A stretch of 30,570 bases of DNA from Candidatus Micrarchaeota archaeon (GTDB lineage Archaea > Micrarchaeota > Micrarchaeia > Micrarchaeales > Micrarchaeaceae). Numbering within the stretch: position 1 is the first letter of the stretch; each line of letters opens with the position of its first letter. The notes under the pieces are model-generated. The model saw nothing but the letters and a program-made list of their open reading frames with translations. It was not told the DNA's origin and did not search any database. The DNA is taken from the NCBI GenBank assembly GCA_964521995.1, contig CAZFUA010000001.1, positions 1 to 30,570 on the forward strand, given 5' to 3'. This document shows, piece after piece, positions 25,492 to 30,570 of the stretch. The translations under genes were made by a program, and so were the position numbers.

Positions 25492-26400
25492 TTAGAGTTT
25501 TTCCATGTTCCCCTGAATCTGCCTTTTCTCGGCCATGGCCTTAGACGAAGATACCTGTTTCTTGTATTTAGGATCTTTGACTATTCTAAGCGCATCGCCG
25601 AAGTATTTCTTTGCTTCGCGCGGTGCATTTTTCTTCGAGTACGCTTCGCCCAATTTATATAGCGTGTTCTTGAGTGCAATAACGTAGCGCATGTTTTTAT
25701 GCGAGGCTATTTCTTCCCTCATTGCCAAGGCTTTCTTAAGTTTTTGTATTGCACCGTTCAGATCGTTTTTCTTAAGTAATGTTGTGCCGATGCCATGATA
25801 CGTCCACGACAAGTTTGGATAAACTTTTTTTCTGTCTTTCCTTTTTTTTCCTGTGCGCTTCTGACACTTGAGTGACTCGCTGAAATAGGAAATTGCGCCA
25901 TTAAAGTCTTTTTTATCCGCAAGCCTGTATGCGATACCGTTCAAACCGTGCACCAATAAGTTTAAGTGTTTGTTTCTGTTTTCCGAATAGAGTTGTCTTG
26001 CTATTTTTAGTTCCTCTTTGTAGTTGGATAGGGATTTGTCTAGGTCTTTCAGATCTGCCAAGATATCACCCATATAATGAAGAGATATTGCAAGCTTTGG
26101 CCTTAGATTAGGATTTTTACTAGCAATCCTCTTGTACAGGGTTAGGGCTTTCGTTTGGAACCTTTTTGACTTATTGAACTGGTACTTAGACCTTAATGTA
26201 TGCCCCATGCCGTTGTAGGCATCTGCCAGACACAACTCAAACTTGCTGTTTATCGGGTTAGAACCGCACAATTTTATCGATTTCAAGTATGCAGAAACTG
26301 CAGAATTAAAATTGCCGGATTCGAAAAATTTGTCTGCTTTTGTATTCAGCGCTTTAACTCGATTTAACGCAGTACCGTAATTATTCGCTCTCCTTGGCAT
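25492..26400 (-). CDS. Lys-rich tetratricopeptide-repeat protein
   Basis: Repeated helical units such as LADAYNGMG, LA.SLH.MG, LSWTYHGIG, L.NTLYKLG and A....KKAL... Confidence 0.8.
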   Translation of the reverse strand: MPRRANNYGTALNRVKALNTKADKFFESGNFNSAVSAYLKSIKLCGSNPINSKFELCLADAYNGMGHTLRSKYQFNKSKRFQTKALTLYKRIASKNPNLRPKLAISLHYMGDILADLKDLDKSLSNYKEELKIARQLYSENRNKHLNLLVHGLNGIAYRLADKKDFNGAISYFSESLKCQKRTGKKRKDRKKVYPNLSWTYHGIGTTLLKKNDLNGAIQKLKKALAMREEIASHKNMRYVIALKNTLYKLGEAYSKKNAPREAKKYFGDALRIVKDPKYKKQVSSSKAMAEKRQIQGNMEKL

Positions 26401-26452
26401 TCAATCCCTATTTATTCCCCTTTTCAGGAATTTAAAGCCTTTGTTTATTTAA

Positions 26453-26525
26453 TAGCCCCGACCGGATTCGAACCGATGTAAACGGGTCCAAAGCCCGCTA
26501 TCCTTGGCCACTAGATGACGGGGCT
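26453..26525 (-). tRNA. tRNA-Gln(UUG)
   Basis: Acceptor AGCCCCG/CGGGGCT with the A1-U72 pair typical of archaeal tRNA-Gln, anticodon loop CT-TTG-GA (26489-26491), T-loop TTCGAAT. No intron and no encoded CCA. TTTAAATA box at 26560-26553. Confidence 0.96.
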
Positions 26526-26564
26526 GTATCAAATTAATAATTGGTTTCAAGATATTTAAATGGT

Positions 26565-27422
26565 TTATAGACCCTGCTTCTCGAATAAGGATCTTATTAT
26601 TAACATGAGGTGCCTTTCTTCTGTTATTCTTCTCAACCCATAGTCTAGCCATTCGCTTCCGAAAGGCACGTATGCAGATACCTTCTGTCCAGACTTTGCA
26701 AGATGCACAGCATACCTATTTCTTATACCATTTAGCATTGCAAACGTTACGTCTTTTCTTTGTTTTTTGTTTAGCTTTATCGCCTCTTCTATTATCCTAG
26801 AATCATGAGTCGCTATCATGAATCTCCTTGATTTTAAGAATAAAAATCGCATAATGCGCATGTAATTTGAATTAACTGCCCTTCTTGATTTGAAGACAAT
26901 GCCTTCTGATTTTATTTTGTAAGCCCCCTTTACTAGCCTTATTACTGCTTTTTTCTTTACAAGGTCTTCTACGTCAGTTTCGCTCCTTTTTAGATAAGAC
27001 TGTATACAGATACCAACGTTTCCGTACTGTAACGCGCTTTCGTACATCTTTATTGCGGCATCTACGTTTTCCGGGCCTTCCATGTCGAGCCAAACGAATA
27101 TTCTTGATGATTTTGCATACCTTGCTATTTTTACGTAATTTGAAAACGCCTTTTTGTAGTTTATTAATAATCCTATTTGTGTCAATTTTATTGAGATACT
27201 TGCCCTTAGTTTCTGCTTTTTTATCCCGTCAATCAAATCTATGTACTTCTCGACTGAATTTTTCGTCTTTTCTTCGTCGCGGATATCCTCTCCTAAAAAG
27301 TTTATTATTGTGGATATCCCTTTTGAATTGAATGTCTTCGTCCTGTCAAGTGCATCTTGCAGATAATATCCTGCGATCCACCTTCCTGCAAATATTTTTT
27401 CGACATAAGCGTTCAAGTTCAT
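26565..27422 (-). CDS. Monofunctional proline dehydrogenase
   Basis: FAGRWIAG, N.LGE, SIKLTQ.G, WLDME, CIQSYL, RLVKGAY, ATHD, ML.G, YVPFG and Y..RRI.E. Confidence 0.92.
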   Translation of the reverse strand: MNLNAYVEKIFAGRWIAGYYLQDALDRTKTFNSKGISTIINFLGEDIRDEEKTKNSVEKYIDLIDGIKKQKLRASISIKLTQIGLLINYKKAFSNYVKIARYAKSSRIFVWLDMEGPENVDAAIKMYESALQYGNVGICIQSYLKRSETDVEDLVKKKAVIRLVKGAYKIKSEGIVFKSRRAVNSNYMRIMRFLFLKSRRFMIATHDSRIIEEAIKLNKKQRKDVTFAMLNGIRNRYAVHLAKSGQKVSAYVPFGSEWLDYGLRRITEERHLMLIIRSLFEKQGL

Positions 27423-27426
27423 TTTA

Positions 27427-28020
27427 TCAATTTATTCCCAATGACCTCAACTGCTTTACAAGATTTTTGTAATTTGTAAATCTTATTGATTTTATACCCA
27501 CTCTTCTTGCCCCTTGGACATTCATTTCAAGGTTGTCTATGAATATTGCTTCCTTTGGTTTTGCCCCCATCTTTTTCAGTACAAACTGATATATTTTTGG
27601 ATCGGGTTTTGCCATTTTTAGATAACAGGATGCAAATACCCTATCGTATTTTATGCCTTTTATCAGTGTTCTCATCTTTACGACGTGCCTGCTTCTGCTC
27701 ACGTTTGTAAGCAATGCCATCTTGTACCTTTTTGAAAGGCTGTTTATTAACTTTACCACATCCTTGTTTAACTTGTTAAGCCTTTCAAATGACTTGTTCC
27801 ATTCCAGTTGCCTTGTGCTTATATTGAACTTTTTGGACAAGATACTTTCAGCTTCATTAATGCCCATTTTACCCACTTCCATCTTGCTTATTAGCGGGGC
27901 GAGTATGGCTCTGAACTCTACAGGATCAAGCTTGAATTTTTTTGTTATGTATGAAATGTATTCTATCTCGCCAAACGTGTCTATTACACCACCGATATCG
28001 CATATTATTAATTTTATCAT
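27427..28020 (-). CDS. HAD-superfamily hydrolase (subfamily IA)
   Basis: CDIGGVI, LLTN, KPDPKIY, FIDN...NV.GA..VGI motifs. Confidence 0.9.
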   Translation of the reverse strand: MIKLIICDIGGVIDTFGEIEYISYITKKFKLDPVEFRAILAPLISKMEVGKMGINEAESILSKKFNISTRQLEWNKSFERLNKLNKDVVKLINSLSKRYKMALLTNVSRSRHVVKMRTLIKGIKYDRVFASCYLKMAKPDPKIYQFVLKKMGAKPKEAIFIDNLEMNVQGARRVGIKSIRFTNYKNLVKQLRSLGIN

Positions 28021-28080
28021 TCGAATACCTCTTAATAGATTTACTTGTAATCTTTATAACTTATAATAAGTATTGATTAA

Positions 28081-29001
28081 ATGAAAACAATCGTTATCGC
28101 ACTTGGTGGTAATGCACTTCTTAGCCCTTCAGGGAATCAGTCTTTTTCCATGGAGAACAGCAATATAAGACGGATTTCAAAGGACATAGCCAAACTGTGC
28201 AAAAATGCAAAATACAATGTTGTGATAACGCACGGTAACGGCTCGCAGGTTGGCGACGAATTGATGAGGAATGAGCATTCAAAGCGATATATGTCTAAGT
28301 TGCCGCTTTATGCGATAAATTCGGAAACGCAGGCGCTTATCGGCACCATGATTGAGACAGCATTGAGGAATGAGCTTGGAGCAGCAAAATTGAATAGGGA
28401 TGTATGTGTAATACTCTCGCACATATTGGTAGGCGAGGGTGATCCTGCATTCAAAAAGCCTTCCAAACCCATTGGGCCGTTTTATACAAGGAAGGAACTG
28501 GAAAACGAGCTGAAGCTAGATTCCTTTGATTATATAAAAACAGTCTATGGTTATAGGCGCGTCGTAGCGTCGCCGCAACCGAAAAGCATACTTGAGATAA
28601 AAAGCATCAGGGAGGCTGTTGGAAAAAACATTGTAATAACGTGCGGAGGTGGTGGTGTACCTACTGTAAAGAAAGGCATGGTTTTCTCAGGTGTTGATGC
28701 GGTAATTGATAAGGATCGCACCGCGCAACTGCTGGCAACCCTTATAGGAGCAGATACCATAGTAATACTTACGGATGCAGATTGCCTTTATTTGGACTAC
28801 GAAAAGAAAACAGGAAAAATAAAAGAGATTAGGGCTGGAGAAATCAAAAGAAAGGTTGGTCGTTTTGAGGATGGAACAATAAGGCCAAAAATAGAGGCAT
28901 GTGTAAAATTCATAGAGAGCGGCGGAAAAGAAGCATATATAGGGAACCTATTCAAATTGGACCTTATTTTAAAACATGCATCAGGGACAAGGATACATTA
29001 A
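28081..29001 (+). CDS. arcC: Carbamate kinase
   Basis: IVIALGGNAL, THGNGSQVG, DPAF.KPSKPIGPFY, YRRVVASPQP, CGGGGVP, VDAVIDKD and GT..PK.EA. Confidence 0.95.
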   Translation: MKTIVIALGGNALLSPSGNQSFSMENSNIRRISKDIAKLCKNAKYNVVITHGNGSQVGDELMRNEHSKRYMSKLPLYAINSETQALIGTMIETALRNELGAAKLNRDVCVILSHILVGEGDPAFKKPSKPIGPFYTRKELENELKLDSFDYIKTVYGYRRVVASPQPKSILEIKSIREAVGKNIVITCGGGGVPTVKKGMVFSGVDAVIDKDRTAQLLATLIGADTIVILTDADCLYLDYEKKTGKIKEIRAGEIKRKVGRFEDGTIRPKIEACVKFIESGGKEAYIGNLFKLDLILKHASGTRIH

Positions 29002-29010
29002 GTATACGGG

Positions 29011-29673
29011 TTACTTGTTAGAACCATTTGCATTGAATCCGTTTGTTGCGGTGCTTGTCGTGCTGATTAATAATTTCTTGTACAGCTCTGCCATGTCTTT
29101 TACAAGGTCGGGCCTGCGAAATGTGCTCGCGGCTACAGGGATATCCTCATATACCGCCTTTGCTGCTGTTTCTTCTTTCCCCTGATTTATGAAAATTCTG
29201 AATACGCTGTTTATTGTTTCAAGCGTATTTCTTAACAGTGCATTATACTGTGTGTTGTCACCAGTTACGGCATCGGCAATCATTGCGATGCCCAATATAA
29301 ATCTGATTGAATTTGAATTTTCTTTGAAGCTGTTTGTGGTGTCGAGTATGTTTATTATCGTTTTTTGGTTTTCGGTAGTTAGCTGACGCTGTTTTGCAGT
29401 TATCTGATGCTGTTTTGCAGGGTCAAGATCTTTTACCACTTTTTGCATTGATTCTGATATCAGCTTTATCGCGTTTATTACATCTATGGCCGCAGTAGGC
29501 TTATCGCTGAACCTGCTGTTGAGCGAGGCAGCATACTCCATGATCTTGGCATTTTCTTGGACCTGAAGGGATAAAGCATTAAGGCTTTCGTTTAAGTCGG
29601 TGCGTAGGACCGGGTTCGATGAATGATTGACCCCTGATTCGTGCTCGGTTAATTTTTGCATGTTTCCCGCCAA
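29011..29673 (-). CDS. Hypothetical helical protein (orphan)
   Basis: 220-codon open frame with amphipathic helical patterning filling the gap between convergent and divergent genes; no motif recognised. ATG 29661 is an alternative start. Confidence 0.6.
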   Translation of the reverse strand: MAGNMQKLTEHESGVNHSSNPVLRTDLNESLNALSLQVQENAKIMEYAASLNSRFSDKPTAAIDVINAIKLISESMQKVVKDLDPAKQHQITAKQRQLTTENQKTIINILDTTNSFKENSNSIRFILGIAMIADAVTGDNTQYNALLRNTLETINSVFRIFINQGKEETAAKAVYEDIPVAASTFRRPDLVKDMAELYKKLLISTTSTATNGFNANGSNK

Positions 29674-29858
29674 TTGGCAATTGAATGGTACTTTAGATAT
29701 ATTGACTGTAGATATGTTTTTATTCTTATCATTTTAGGGTGATACTTCCAATGATAGCCAGTATTACCGTAGAATTTAGAAAATTATATAATTCTTGTGA
29801 GGGATTATATAACTAGATTATATAGCTTGCCAATAGTGTGTTGATTCGGTAGGATTTT

Positions 29859-30485
29859 ATGAATAGCAGATCTTTGATAATGTTCGCCATAGGATTGGTA
29901 CCACTTCTACTACTCATAAATACAAGTTATGCTTATACAGGAGTTGAAAACATTACATTGTCTAAATATTCCGCAACCCTGCTCCCAGGAGGCAGCGTAT
30001 CAACGAATTACAACCTTACATTGTCCAATGGGTACTATACTTTTGGGACTAATCTGTATGTCGTAGCAGAAAAGCAGTTAAGTTCAAATGACAACATAAC
30101 AGTACTCCTGACTGAAAATTTCGGAAATCCACCAACCGGTGGAGTAATGTACATATTCTTGGGTGCCACCACCGAGCCGGGAACATACAATATAACATTG
30201 GCAGGTAACAGTACCGGCGCGTTTGTAAATGCTGCTACGTTCGAATTGGACGTCGTTCAGAGCATTCAGAATACATCCAGCACCACAACCACTAAGCATT
30301 CAACAGCCACCACATCGTTAGGCAGTACGACTGTACCGTCCATTACATACATAACTACCGTATCCAATACCGGTGTAAGCAAAGCGAAAGTGGGCACAAA
30401 TCCTTTTTTTTATGTAATTATAGCACTTATAGTGGTTGCGATCATAGTAATGCTGTTCATTGCGATGAGGGGCCGCAAAACCTGA
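29859..30485 (+). CDS. Secreted, C-terminally membrane-anchored Ser/Thr-rich surface protein
   Basis: N-terminal signal peptide (..LINTSYA), several N-x-S/T sequons, STTTTKHSTATTSLGSTT linker, C-terminal TM helix and RGRKT tail. Confidence 0.8.
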   Translation: MNSRSLIMFAIGLVPLLLLINTSYAYTGVENITLSKYSATLLPGGSVSTNYNLTLSNGYYTFGTNLYVVAEKQLSSNDNITVLLTENFGNPPTGGVMYIFLGATTEPGTYNITLAGNSTGAFVNAATFELDVVQSIQNTSSTTTTKHSTATTSLGSTTVPSITYITTVSNTGVSKAKVGTNPFFYVIIALIVVAIIVMLFIAMRGRKT

Positions 30486-30570
30486 TATTATTGATACGCG
30501 TAGATACTGCAATATTCGGGACTTTTGCAAAGTTTAGCAAACTGACGTAAAGACAGTCCTTCGTCTAATT

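Noticed and set aside
25825-25849. Two homopolymer runs (7 and 8 nt) in the TPR gene as possible phase-variation sites
   Set aside because: The frame is intact, and such runs are expected in an AT-rich, Lys-rich gene.
28053-28067. TTATAAC-TTATAA upstream of arcC resembling half of the sufB palindrome
   Set aside because: It is a direct rather than inverted arrangement and indistinguishable from an ordinary TATA region.
30553-30560. ACAGTCCT near the window end is the reverse complement of the first 8 nt of the window
   Set aside because: An 8-bp match at arbitrary window boundaries is compatible with chance.
1-30570. CRISPR array, rRNA or prophage
   Set aside because: No regularly spaced direct repeats, rRNA-like segments or virion and replication genes were recognised.

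Overview
Archaeal chromosomal window; the DPANN/Micrarchaeota (ARMAN-like) assignment is my inference from divergent translation proteins, a D-loop-intron tRNA and a LamG pilin. Left part (GC-richer, housekeeping): a tnpA-only IS200/IS605-type element, rpl30e-rps12-rps7-EF-2, a type IV pilin-like LamG protein, signal peptidase I, SMC, site-2 protease, metallophosphoesterase, rpo6, a geranylgeranyl reductase-family protein, a PAC2 chaperone, and tRNA-Leu(UAA) with a 25-nt D-loop intron followed by a decayed tyrosine integrase. Right part (AT-richer, metabolic): a CC1-like small protein, DUF192, P5C dehydrogenase, a complete SUF operon (intein-containing sufB, sufD, Cys-tailed HTH regulator, sufC, sufS, sufU), AlaX, a TPR protein, tRNA-Gln(UUG), proline dehydrogenase, HAD hydrolase, carbamate kinase, an orphan and a surface protein. 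No CRISPR array or rRNA was seen. Best candidates for undescribed biology: (1) a possibly Fe-S-sensing HTH regulator inside the SUF operon, with a perfect palindrome over the sufB promoter and an intein before the essential SufB Cys; (2) paired substitutions at both cation-site residues of EF-2, alongside rewritten decoding-centre motifs in uS12. Both are hypotheses that need database and laboratory checks.
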